Positions 26,038 through 33,909 of a stretch of DNA of 64,000 bases are shown here, one piece after another (the first letter of the stretch is position 1; each line of letters starts with the position of its first letter). A model generated the notes under the pieces. That model did not search any database, had not been told where the DNA came from, and saw only the letters and a list, made by a program, of their open reading frames with translations. This DNA comes from a virus. Its lineage: Duplodnaviria > Heunggongvirae > Uroviricota > Caudoviricetes. The stretch is taken from IMG/VR virus record IMGVR_UViG_2757320620_000001, positions 31,417 through 95,416 of that record; one strand, given 5' to 3'. Position numbers and translations under genes: made by a program.

Positions 26038-27000
26038 ATGCTGTTTGAACGCCAGGTCGAGCGTTTGCCCGACCATTACCCGTGGACCCAGGACTACATC
26101 GAAGCGATGCAGGACGGCTTCTGGACCGCGAAGAAATTCACCTTCGACACCGACAAGACCGACTACGAGCTGAACCTCTCCGAGGCTGAGCGCCAGATGG
26201 TCACGCGCTGCCTCGCGGCAATCGCCCAGATCGAGGTCTCAGTGAAGGAGTTCTGGAAGCGCCTCGGCGATCATCTGCCGCATCCCTCGATCAAGGATCT
26301 GGGGATCACGATGGCCTATATCGAGGTCATCCACAACAACGCCTACGAGAAGCTCCTGAAGAAGCTCGGCCTGATCGACGTCTTTAAGGAGAACATGAAC
26401 GTTCCGGCCGTCGCCGGCCGCGTCGGCTATCTCAACAAGCACGGCGAGCGCGTCTATACCGACAATCGCAAGCAATACATCTACAGCCTGATCCTTTTCA
26501 CGATGTTCGTGGAAAATGTCAGCCTTTTCAGCCAGTTCTACGTGATCCTCTGGCTCAACCGCTTCCAAAACGTTCTGAAGGATGCCGCGCAGCAGGTGAA
26601 ATACACCCGCAACGAGGAGCTCCTGCACGCCCAGGCCGGCGCCAAGATCATCAACACGCTCCGCAAGGAATACCCGGAGCTGTTCGACGAGGAGATGGAA
26701 CGCAAGATCAAGCACGAATGCCACGTCGCGTTCGGCGCTGAATGCGAACTGATCAACTGGATGGTCGGCGACTACCAGGGCGACAAGCTCAATGCCGAGC
26801 TGATCAAGGGCTATGTCGCACAGCGCTTCAACGAGAGCCTCGAAATGGTCGGCTACGAGCCGGTTTTCCATGTCGATAGCGCCGTTCAGGAGGCGACCTT
26901 CTGGATGACCGAGGGGCTCTACGCTCCGTCGAAGGTCGATTTCTTCCACTCCGAGCCCACCGAATATGCGCAGGCCGACACTGCCGACGACGAATTTTAA
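26038..27000 (+). CDS. nrdB: ribonucleotide reductase small subunit (class I R2, ferritin-like)
   Basis: Two E-x-x-H iron-ligand motifs (YIEVIHNNAY and NEELLHAQAG) in a 320 aa protein. Adjacent to the large subunit. Confidence 0.8.
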   Translation: MLFERQVERLPDHYPWTQDYIEAMQDGFWTAKKFTFDTDKTDYELNLSEAERQMVTRCLAAIAQIEVSVKEFWKRLGDHLPHPSIKDLGITMAYIEVIHNNAYEKLLKKLGLIDVFKENMNVPAVAGRVGYLNKHGERVYTDNRKQYIYSLILFTMFVENVSLFSQFYVILWLNRFQNVLKDAAQQVKYTRNEELLHAQAGAKIINTLRKEYPELFDEEMERKIKHECHVAFGAECELINWMVGDYQGDKLNAELIKGYVAQRFNESLEMVGYEPVFHVDSAVQEATFWMTEGLYAPSKVDFFHSEPTEYAQADTADDEF

Positions 27001-27014
27001 CGAGGACTGAAAAC

Positions 27015-28697
27015 ATGCGAAACGATTATGCCTGGCTGAACCAGGTTGCCCTAACGACGCTCTCGCGCGGCTATCTGCGCGAGGGCATTGCGCCTGAAAA
27101 CCTCAAGGACGAGGCGATCGCCCGGATCAACGCCATCGTCGATCGCGCCGAAGAGATCCTCGGCTTCGAGTTGCCGACACTGCGCTACGGCATAAAGCGC
27201 GGCTGGGTCTCGCCCGCCTCTCCCATCTGGTCGAATTTCGGCGCCGGCCGCGGTCTGCCGATCAGCTGCAACGGCAGCTATATGGCCGACAACATGGATT
27301 CCATCCTGTTCAAGAATGCCGAGATCGGCATGATGACCAAGGAAGGCGCCGGCACGTCTGTCTACATGGGCGCTCTGCGCGCGTTCGGGAAGCCGATCTC
27401 GGGCGGTGGCCGCTCGGAAGGCCCGACGCACTTCGCCCGTCTGCCGCAGGAGCAGGTCACTGTCGTCTCGCAGGGCAACACCCGGCGCGGCAATGCGGCC
27501 GTCTATATCGATATCGAGCATGAGGACGCCGATCGCTGGCTGGACATGCGGTCGATCTCCGGTGGCGTGCATCACCCGATCCAGCACCTGTCGTTCGGCT
27601 TGGTTATCGGCGATGATTGGATGAACGCCATGCTCGCTGAAGAGAAGGGTGGCCCGAAGCGCAAGCTGATGGCGAAGATCCGCAACAAGCGGCGCGAGAC
27701 CGGCTTCCCCTACCTGATCTTCCGCGACAACGCCAACAACGCCCGGCCGGATGTGCTTAAGCGGCTTGGTCTGCTGATCTACGCGTCGAACCTCTGCACC
27801 GAGATCATGTTGCCGTCGGGACCGGATGAAAGCTTCGTCTGCGATCTGTCCTCGGTCAACCTGCTCTATTACGACGAATGGAAGGGCACGCCGTTCGTCC
27901 GCGAAATGATCTATCTGCTCGATGCGGTGATGTCCGAATACATCGAGAAGATCAAAGGCGTGCGGCTGCTGGCTGATGCGCTGCGGTTTGCGGAGCGCTG
28001 GCGCGCGCTCGGCCTTGGCGTTCTTGGCTGGCACTCGCTGCTTCAATCGCAGATGATCGCCATCGAAAGCGACGAGGCGCGGGCGCTGAATATCGAGATC
28101 AGCGAATACATCGCCACCGAGTCGCACGCCGCATCCCGCGACCTGGCTGAACGGCTGGGCGAACCGTCGGGCCTGAAGGGCACCGGCTACCGGAACCTGA
28201 CGGTCAATGCGATCGCGCCGACCACGTCCTCCTCGATCATCTGCGGCCAGGTTTCGCAGCAGCGCGAGCCGTGGACGGCAAACATCTTCGAGAACGACAA
28301 TGCCAAGGGCGTCTTCACGCAGCGCAACGTCTTCCTCGAGGAGCTGCTCGAAAGCAAGGGCCGCAACGACCAGCAGACCTGGCTCTCGATCCTGCAGAAC
28401 GCCGGCTCGGTGCAGCATCTGGACTTCCTGACGCAGCACGAGCGGAACGTCTTCAAGACCTTCGCCGAGATCGACCAGGCCGAGCTGATCCGCCAGACGG
28501 CAGACTGCCAGAAGTTCATCGACCAGGGTATCAGCCACAACATCATCCTGCCGCCTGACGCGACGATGAAGGAAGACATCGATCTGATCGTGCTGGCGTG
28601 GAAGAGCGGGCTGAAATCGCTCTACTATCGCAAGGGGCTCAACAAGGCGCAGGAGCTGGCTCGCCAGAACGCGTCCTGCGTGGCGTGCGAGGCATAA
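27015..28697 (+). CDS. nrdA: ribonucleotide reductase large (catalytic) subunit
   Basis: Active-site N-x-C-x-E is present as SNLCTEIM. A C-terminal Cys pair (CVACEA) is the redoxin shuttle. Short at 560 aa. Confidence 0.8.
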   Translation: MRNDYAWLNQVALTTLSRGYLREGIAPENLKDEAIARINAIVDRAEEILGFELPTLRYGIKRGWVSPASPIWSNFGAGRGLPISCNGSYMADNMDSILFKNAEIGMMTKEGAGTSVYMGALRAFGKPISGGGRSEGPTHFARLPQEQVTVVSQGNTRRGNAAVYIDIEHEDADRWLDMRSISGGVHHPIQHLSFGLVIGDDWMNAMLAEEKGGPKRKLMAKIRNKRRETGFPYLIFRDNANNARPDVLKRLGLLIYASNLCTEIMLPSGPDESFVCDLSSVNLLYYDEWKGTPFVREMIYLLDAVMSEYIEKIKGVRLLADALRFAERWRALGLGVLGWHSLLQSQMIAIESDEARALNIEISEYIATESHAASRDLAERLGEPSGLKGTGYRNLTVNAIAPTTSSSIICGQVSQQREPWTANIFENDNAKGVFTQRNVFLEELLESKGRNDQQTWLSILQNAGSVQHLDFLTQHERNVFKTFAEIDQAELIRQTADCQKFIDQGISHNIILPPDATMKEDIDLIVLAWKSGLKSLYYRKGLNKAQELARQNASCVACEA

Positions 28698-28699
28698 GG

Positions 28700-28948
28700 A
28701 TGGGTATTCACGTTCTCGTCCGGACTACGCCGCCCTGCGGCTACTGCGTCAAGACCAAGGCTCTGCTCGACATGAAGGGTCTTGCCTACACGACCGAGGA
28801 TCACGAGACGCCGGAGAGGGTCGAGGCCTTCAAGAACGCCGGGCACCGCTCCTTTCCGCGCGTCTTCATCGATGACGAGCTGATCGGTGGTTTCGACGAG
28901 CTGCAGGCGCACCTTCAGGACAAGTCGTCGGGAGATGATGATTTCTGA
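28700..28948 (+). CDS. glutaredoxin (NrdH-like)
   Basis: The motif C-G-Y-C in TTPPCGYCVKTKALL is the glutaredoxin CxxC active site. The gene is 82 aa and sits directly after the RNR genes. Confidence 0.7.
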   Translation: MGIHVLVRTTPPCGYCVKTKALLDMKGLAYTTEDHETPERVEAFKNAGHRSFPRVFIDDELIGGFDELQAHLQDKSSGDDDF

Positions 28949-28980
28949 AAATAACTGTTGAGTCCCATCGCTGCGCTTGC

Positions 28981-29003
28981 TAGTAAGTAAATGTTGATTG
29001 AAC
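28981..29003. promoter_or_regulatory. motif copy (TAGTAAGTAAATGTTGATTGAAC) in the loop of an 11 bp hairpin (CGCTGCGCTTG/CAAGCGCAGCG), part of the third bipartite module
   Basis: The stretch 28974-29012 is 36/39 identical to 7120-7158. Confidence 0.5.
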
Positions 29004-29120
29004 ACAAGCGCAGCGAAATCAAACAGCGAGGTGAACATGAAGCGCCTTTAGGTGACCGTCGGAACAAGTCCAAAATTGATTAGCCCAAGACGAGCCGGGA
29101 TCGTCAGAAAATAAGCCCGG

Positions 29121-29225
29121 CCCTTATGCGAAGTGCGTGACGGCCCACGCGATATGGGTCGGTCACAGTAGGAAGTGGCGAGAGGGGTGTTCCTACCATT
29201 CTTCGATCCGCACTTCGCATAAGGG
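29121..29225. other. 105 nt element bounded by 17 bp perfect inverted arms (CCCTTATGCGAAGTGCG ... CGCACTTCGCATAAGGG) with an internal 7 bp hairpin
   Basis: Arms at 29121-29137 and 29209-29225 are exact reverse complements. The internal hairpin is GTAGGAA/TTCCTAC (29168-29196). It lies 66 nt upstream of tRNA-Cys in a 355 bp ORF-free gap. Confidence 0.5.
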
Positions 29226-29291
29226 ATGGATGACAGTTAGAGCGTAATCGCTGCTGAAAGTCGGCTCACACCGATCATCCCTTTTCAGACT

Positions 29292-29366
29292 GAGCTGGTG
29301 CCGGAATTGGTCACGGGACGGATTGCAAATCCGTTCATGCGGGTTCGAGTCCCGTCTAGCTCTCCA
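29292..29366 (+). tRNA. tRNA-Cys (anticodon GCA), CCA encoded
   Basis: Hand-folded cloverleaf: acceptor GAGCTGG/CTAGCTC (two G-U pairs), 3 bp D stem, anticodon stem ACGGA/TCCGT with loop TTGCAAA, 4 nt variable loop, T arm GCGGG-TTCGAGT-CCCGT, discriminator T and a 3' CCA. Confidence 0.8.
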
Positions 29367-29367
29367 T

Positions 29368-29386
29368 AAGTAAACTTTGATTGAGG
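29368..29386. promoter_or_regulatory. motif copy (AAGTAAACTTTGATTGAGG) immediately 3' of tRNA-Cys
   Basis: 8 bp upstream of ORF 29394. Confidence 0.45.
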
Positions 29387-29393
29387 AGACAGC

Positions 29394-29666
29394 ATGTCAG
29401 CCGCAATTCTTCAATTCCCGGTGCGCCAGAAGGCAGCGCCGACACCGGCCAAAATCGACATCACCGAGCAGGAATGCCGGCTGCTCGATAGCACCAAGAC
29501 CATCCTCGATCGCGTCCTTGACGTCGTGAACACCGACCAGAAGCTCATTCGCAGCTTCCTCGCCGGCGACAAGATGATCCAAGCCGCCTTCAAACACCTC
29601 GGCGTCGAATACAACGTCCGTGTCTCCCTCGAGGAAGCACACGACAACGGCCCGAGGTTCGCATGA
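29394..29666 (+). CDS. hypothetical protein (90 aa)
   Basis: ATG with a GAGGAGAC RBS, directly after the motif at 29368-29386. Confidence 0.4.
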   Translation: MSAAILQFPVRQKAAPTPAKIDITEQECRLLDSTKTILDRVLDVVNTDQKLIRSFLAGDKMIQAAFKHLGVEYNVRVSLEEAHDNGPRFA

Positions 29667-29851
29667 GCCAGGTGATCGTTCCTAATCTAAGGCCCCTCCT
29701 CCCGGCCGACTTGAAGGAAACGATCACCTGGCTGCGCGAGGACGCAACCAGACAATTCATCAACGGCAATGTCCGCGGCTCGAGCTATCGGCACGCGCTC
29801 GCGGGCGAACTTGAAAGGAGCATCCGTGAGCGAACGTCGGATCACGACTAA
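29663..29851 (+). CDS. hypothetical protein (62 aa)
   Basis: ATGA-coupled. Confidence 0.3.
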   Translation: MSQVIVPNLRPLLPADLKETITWLREDATRQFINGNVRGSSYRHALAGELERSIRERTSDHD

Positions 29852-30050
29852 CGAAGATCGGCACACGCCGAAACTGAAGACCATCGCCGGCCTTATCCAG
29901 GGTCTCACCTACCGCGAAATGAACGAGCTCACCGAGCTCCTCGCGCAGGAAATGCCCGGCGCACGTCCGGATGCGCTCGTCGAGGCGATGCTTAACGTCA
30001 CGGATAAGCTTCTCGCCCCGCCCGCTGCCCCGCAGCCCAAATTCCGTTAA
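29826..30050 (+). CDS. hypothetical protein (about 74 aa; GTG start after an AGGAG RBS)
   Basis: The frame of ORF 29769..30050 is trimmed to GTG 29826. Weak call. Confidence 0.25.
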   Translation: MSERRITTNEDRHTPKLKTIAGLIQGLTYREMNELTELLAQEMPGARPDALVEAMLNVTDKLLAPPAAPQPKFR

Positions 30051-30150
30051 CCCAAGGATTTTCGCTTTGAATATCGCACAAAAAGACCGCGTGACCAAGA
30101 TCACCGGCGATTACAGCTTCGACGGCACCATCGTCGCTGCTTTCGACAAG

Positions 30151-31083
30151 ATGGACGGCAAGCAGCGCTTTGTGGTCGAGGACGATCGCGGTGCTCTGCA
30201 TATCTACAGTGAGCAGAACCTGCGTCCGATCGGCAACATGGCTGATCACCAGTATCTGCGCATTCTCAACAAGCTTGTGCGGCACGGCGTCTATCGCGAG
30301 GGCCGCAACGGTGGCACCTACGGCCTGTTTGGCGAGCAGATGCGCTTCGACCTGGCCGAAGGCTTCCCGCTGCTGACGACCAAGAAGGTCCATTTTCACT
30401 CGATCATGGTCGAGCTGCTCTGGTTCCTGCGCGGCGACACCAATATCAAGTTCCTGAAGGATCACAACGTCTCGATCTGGGACGAATGGGCTGACAAGGA
30501 CGGCGAGCTCGGCCCGGTCTACGGCAAGCAGTGGCGTAACTTTGTCGGCGCCAAGAAGGTCGTCTACGATCGGACGTCCGGCGCCTCGGAATATCAGCCG
30601 GTCTTCGTCGACCAGATCAAGAACGTGATCGCCGGACTGAAGAGAGATCCGCACGGTCGCCGACACATTGTCTCGGCCTGGAATCCGGCCGAAGTCGACC
30701 AAATGGCGCTTCCGCCCTGCCACACGATGTTCCAGTTCCACGTCGCGAACGGCAAGCTTTCGTGTCATCTTTATCAGCGTTCTGCAGATTGGTTCTTGGG
30801 CACGCCATTCAACGTCGCCTCGTATGCGCTGCTGACGCACCTCGTCGCCCGTGAAGTCGGCCTTGCCGTCGGTGATTTCGTTCACACGTTCGGCGATCTG
30901 CACCTCTACGCCAATCACGTCGACCAGGCGAAGCTGCAGTTGAGCCGCGAGCCGCGGTCACTCCCGAAATTGCTGATCAACCCGCTCGCCAAGCTCGTCG
31001 GCATTTTTGACCTGCTGCCGCGCGACATCGAGGTCGTGGATTACGATCCGCACCCGACGATCAAGGCTGACGTGTCCAAGTGA
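30151..31083 (+). CDS. thyA: thymidylate synthase (ThyA-type)
   Basis: Core ThyA motifs: RTGTG-like [24 protein letters not shown] (catalytic Cys, [10 protein letters not shown]) and HTFGDLHLY. The start is uncertain (ATG 30151 versus ATG 30238). Confidence 0.8.
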   Translation: MDGKQRFVVEDDRGALHIYSEQNLRPIGNMADHQYLRILNKLVRHGVYREGRNGGTYGLFGEQMRFDLAEGFPLLTTKKVHFHSIMVELLWFLRGDTNIKFLKDHNVSIWDEWADKDGELGPVYGKQWRNFVGAKKVVYDRTSGASEYQPVFVDQIKNVIAGLKRDPHGRRHIVSAWNPAEVDQMALPPCHTMFQFHVANGKLSCHLYQRSADWFLGTPFNVASYALLTHLVAREVGLAVGDFVHTFGDLHLYANHVDQAKLQLSREPRSLPKLLINPLAKLVGIFDLLPRDIEVVDYDPHPTIKADVSK

Positions 31084-31191
31084 CCGATCGCGAACGTGAT
31101 CTGAGGCTGCATCGCCGCCTCGAGCTTCTCGGATACGCGCTGGCGATTGCCGGCGTGATCTGCCTCTTCCTCTAACCGCAAGGAGCATTTC

Positions 31192-31458
31192 GTGTTTCTC
31201 AGAAAGACCATTCTCGCCGGCGCCGCGGTTGTTAGCGTCGCCCTCCTGTCCTCCTGCCGCGTCGATCCCCAGGATGCACAGCGCATCCTCGCCGACAGCG
31301 GCATGAAGGATATCGAGCTCAAGGGCGGCTCGTGGTTCGGCTGCTCGAAGGGTGATACCTACAACACCGAATTCGTCGCAACCGGCCCGACCGGCCGGCG
31401 CGTCGAGGGCGTTATCTGCGGTGGCCTCCTGAAGGCCTACACCGTTCGCCTCTACTAA
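31192..31458 (+). CDS. lipoprotein (signal peptide with LLSSC lipobox)
   Basis: MFLRKTILAGAAVVSVALLSSC followed by a polar mature region. GTG start after an AAGGAGC RBS. Confidence 0.45.
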   Translation: MFLRKTILAGAAVVSVALLSSCRVDPQDAQRILADSGMKDIELKGGSWFGCSKGDTYNTEFVATGPTGRRVEGVICGGLLKAYTVRLY

Positions 31459-31469
31459 AGGAGGCGCTC

Positions 31470-31586
31470 ATGGTGCTGACCGTCCTCGGCGGCCTCTGCG
31501 CCGCAATCATCGTTTCGCTGGGCGTCATCAAGGCGCTCGAACTCATCCGCAATCGTGTGGATAACTCAAAAGGAGAAAAGAAATAA
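31470..31586 (+). CDS. unlisted small membrane protein (38 aa; MVLTVLGGLCAAIIVSLGVIKALELIRNRVDNSKGEKK)
   Basis: AAGGAGG RBS 5 nt upstream of the ATG. Its stop overlaps the SPFH gene ATG (TAATG). Confidence 0.4.
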   Translation: MVLTVLGGLCAAIIVSLGVIKALELIRNRVDNSKGEKK

Positions 31587-32440
31587 TGGGTAAGCTTGGT
31601 CTTATCATCGGCGGGATTGTCGCCGTTCTCGTGCTGTCGGTTCTCGGCGGCTCATTCTACACTGTCGATGAAGGCGAACGCGCCGTTGTCGTCAGCCAGG
31701 GCAAGATCGCCAACGTCGCCGGCCCCGGCTTCCACTGGAAGAAGCCTTTCCTCGACGATGCGCACGTCATCAGCGTCCGCACCCAGGCGCTCGAGTTCCC
31801 GGAAGAGCCCGTCTATACGGCCGATCGGCAGACTGCCACCGTGACCTTCTCCGTCAACTATGCGGCTGTGCCGGCCGACAAGGAGGTCGAGGCGCTCTAT
31901 CGCGACTTCCAGACCCTCGAAGGGCTCGAGACCCGAGCGTTGAAGCGGCAGATCCGCGAGCAGATCAAGAATGTCTTCGGCACGTTCACCGCTGACACGG
32001 CAATCCGGGAGCGCGGGCGTCTCAACACGGAAGTGGCTCGAGCGGTCGCTGACCTCGGCGTCGGCCTGGTCAAGGTCGAAGGCGTGAATATCGAGAACAT
32101 CAATTTCTCCGACGCAGTTGAGGCTGCGGCCGAACAGCGCGCCCAGGCTGAAATGAGGGTCCAGACGGAAAAACAAAACCTCGAGCGCGAAAAGGTTCTC
32201 GCCCAAACGAAGGTCACGCAGGCCCAGGCGGATGCCGATAGTCAGCTTGCCGTCGCAAAAGCCGGCGCCGAAGCCACCCGTCTTGCCGGTGAAGCTGAAG
32301 CAGCGGCGATTAAGGCCAAGTCGGAAGCTTTGCAGCAGTCGCCGAACCTGGTCGAACTGACGAAGGCCGAGCGCTGGGATGGTAAACTGCCCACGAGCTT
32401 CATTCCGGGCAGCGCAACTCCCTTTCTCAGCATCAAATAA
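31586..32440 (+). CDS. SPFH/band-7 (stomatin/prohibitin/HflKC-like) membrane protein
   Basis: N-terminal TM helix, then YTVDEGERAVVVSQGKI...GPGFHWKKPF...V..RTQ, the SPFH signature. A coiled-coil A/E/Q-rich C-terminus follows. Confidence 0.8.
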   Translation: MGKLGLIIGGIVAVLVLSVLGGSFYTVDEGERAVVVSQGKIANVAGPGFHWKKPFLDDAHVISVRTQALEFPEEPVYTADRQTATVTFSVNYAAVPADKEVEALYRDFQTLEGLETRALKRQIREQIKNVFGTFTADTAIRERGRLNTEVARAVADLGVGLVKVEGVNIENINFSDAVEAAAEQRAQAEMRVQTEKQNLEREKVLAQTKVTQAQADADSQLAVAKAGAEATRLAGEAEAAAIKAKSEALQQSPNLVELTKAERWDGKLPTSFIPGSATPFLSIK

Positions 32441-32468
32441 GCGCTAGCTTCCCGATTATTTTTAATTA

Positions 32469-32508
32469 GAGTGCTCAGTAAATATTGATTGAGCACTCTT
32501 TTTGTTTT
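32469..32508 (+). terminator. rho-independent terminator whose loop contains the recurrent motif (GAGTGCTCA-GTAAATATTGAT-TGAGCACTC + TTTTTGTTTT)
   Basis: Perfect 9 bp stem (32469-32477 / 32490-32498) followed by a T-run, 29 bp after the SPFH gene stop. Confidence 0.6.
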
Positions 32509-32519
32509 ATGGAGCATGT

Positions 32520-32727
32520 CATGGACAGCGTCGAGAACCTCATACTCAAGATCCACATCGATCACTATGTCGCGCAGGAAGCAGGCGTTGGCTACTACTA
32601 CGCCATCCACCCGTCGACCGAGCTCTACGGCCCGTTCGGAACTTCTGACGCGGCAAAGGATGCAGCGATCGAGGTGATCACGCAGTCCGTTGCCGAGGCT
32701 GCAATCCACGCCCTCTTTGGAGAATAA
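32520..32727 (+). CDS. hypothetical protein (68 aa)
   Basis: ATG 32520 with a GGAG RBS. The ORF-track start at 32485 would lie inside the terminator hairpin, so I trimmed it. Confidence 0.35.
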
Positions 32728-32728
32728 A

Positions 32729-33196
32729 ATGCGCATCAACTTCAAGAAACTCCACCCCGACGCCGTCATGCCGAGCTACGGCACACCCCACGCTGCCGGC
32801 GCCGACCTGGTCGCAAACCTCAAGGCGACCTTCGAGAATGAACCCATCGGCGATGACTACGGGTATGTCCTCTCGCCGGGCGAGAGCAAGTTGTTCAAGA
32901 CCGGCATCGCCGTCGAAATGCTAACCGGCATGTGGGCCGAGGTCCGCGGCCGCTCCGGGCTCGCCTACAAGAACGGCATTGCGATCCTCGGCGGTGTGAT
33001 CGACAGCGATTACCGCGGTGACATCGGCGTGATCCTGCACAACACGTCGGATAAGCCCTTCATCGTCAAGCACGGCGAGCGCATCGCCCAGCTCATCTTC
33101 GCGACCTATATTCCGGTGAATTTCATCGAGAAGAAGGAGCTGAGCAACACGGGCCGCGGCGAAAAAGGCTTCGGCTCGACTGGCATGGCCGCCTGA
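32729..33196 (+). CDS. dut: dUTP diphosphatase (trimeric dUTPase)
   Basis: Motifs AAGADL, GxRSGLA (RGRSGLAYKNGI), GVIDSDYRGDIGVIL and a C-terminal RGEKGFGSTG. Start at 32729 after a GGAGAATAAA RBS. Confidence 0.8.
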   Translation: MRINFKKLHPDAVMPSYGTPHAAGADLVANLKATFENEPIGDDYGYVLSPGESKLFKTGIAVEMLTGMWAEVRGRSGLAYKNGIAILGGVIDSDYRGDIGVILHNTSDKPFIVKHGERIAQLIFATYIPVNFIEKKELSNTGRGEKGFGSTGMAA

Positions 33197-33816
33197 TGCT
33201 GTATTGTTGCACCGGCACCCATCGCTCCGGCAAGACGACGACTGCGAAACTCCTTGCTGAACAGCTCGGCATCGAGTTTCTCGACTCCTCGTTCGACGTC
33301 GCCAAGAAGTTCGGCTTTAACCCGGTCGGCGAAATGAGCCTCACCGATCGCATGGCAATGCAGATCCTCGTTCTCGAGGATCACATCGAAAAACTAAAGG
33401 CAGCGCCGCGCCCGCTGATCACTGATCGCTGCCCGCTCGACTACTTCGCCTACACGCTGGCGCAGTTCGGCATGACCTCGCACAAGCAGACCGACGAGAA
33501 GACGATCCTGGCAGCGCATGCGTTCGCTGAGAAGTGCCTCGAGGAGACGAAGACCTATTACGACATGGTCTTCATCATGGATCCGCTCAAGGTCTACGAG
33601 GTCGATCTGACCAAAGCCACGCCGACGGCCAATCCCGCCTTCCAGCTGCACATACACGCCCTCATCCACGGCGCCGTGTCGCAGATCCACCAGGAGGTCA
33701 ACTACGCGATGGTGCCGTTTATGCCGGTCCAGGATCGCGTGGATTTCATCGCGCAAAACATCGTGGAGCGCATGAACGATATCGACGACCTTCGGAAGTC
33801 GGAAGGCATGCACTGA
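33196..33816 (+). CDS. P-loop (deoxy)nucleoside monophosphate kinase, T4 gp1-like
   Basis: Walker A CCTGTHRSGKTTTAKLL resembles T4 dNMP kinase GVKRSGKDTTA. TGATG coupling to dut. Confidence 0.5.
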   Translation: MLYCCTGTHRSGKTTTAKLLAEQLGIEFLDSSFDVAKKFGFNPVGEMSLTDRMAMQILVLEDHIEKLKAAPRPLITDRCPLDYFAYTLAQFGMTSHKQTDEKTILAAHAFAEKCLEETKTYYDMVFIMDPLKVYEVDLTKATPTANPAFQLHIHALIHGAVSQIHQEVNYAMVPFMPVQDRVDFIAQNIVERMNDIDDLRKSEGMH

Positions 33817-33858
33817 CTTCCTGATATAGCCACGCGCATCCCGTGTGCGCGTGTGCTA

Positions 33859-33880
33859 TTCAGTAAATATTGATTGATCG
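33859..33880. promoter_or_regulatory. motif copy (TTCAGTAAATATTGATTGATCG), upstream of the rIIA-like gene
   Basis: Preceded by the hairpin CACGCGCA/TGCGCGTG (33829-33853). Confidence 0.5.
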
Positions 33881-33909
33881 CAAACGATCGACACGAAAGG
33901 AAGACAGAA

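Noticed and set aside
29039-29291. A second tRNA or a tmRNA in the gap upstream of tRNA-Cys
   Set aside because: No T-loop GTTCRANYC consensus and no 7 bp acceptor pairing. The 17 bp perfect stem is incompatible with a tRNA cloverleaf. Kept as a structured element of unknown type.
29292-29386. tRNA-Cys 3' end as a phage attP with an adjacent integrase
   Set aside because: No integrase or recombinase ORF within at least 25 kb on either side. The flanks are phage genes and a regulon motif copy. It is more likely a phage-borne functional tRNA.
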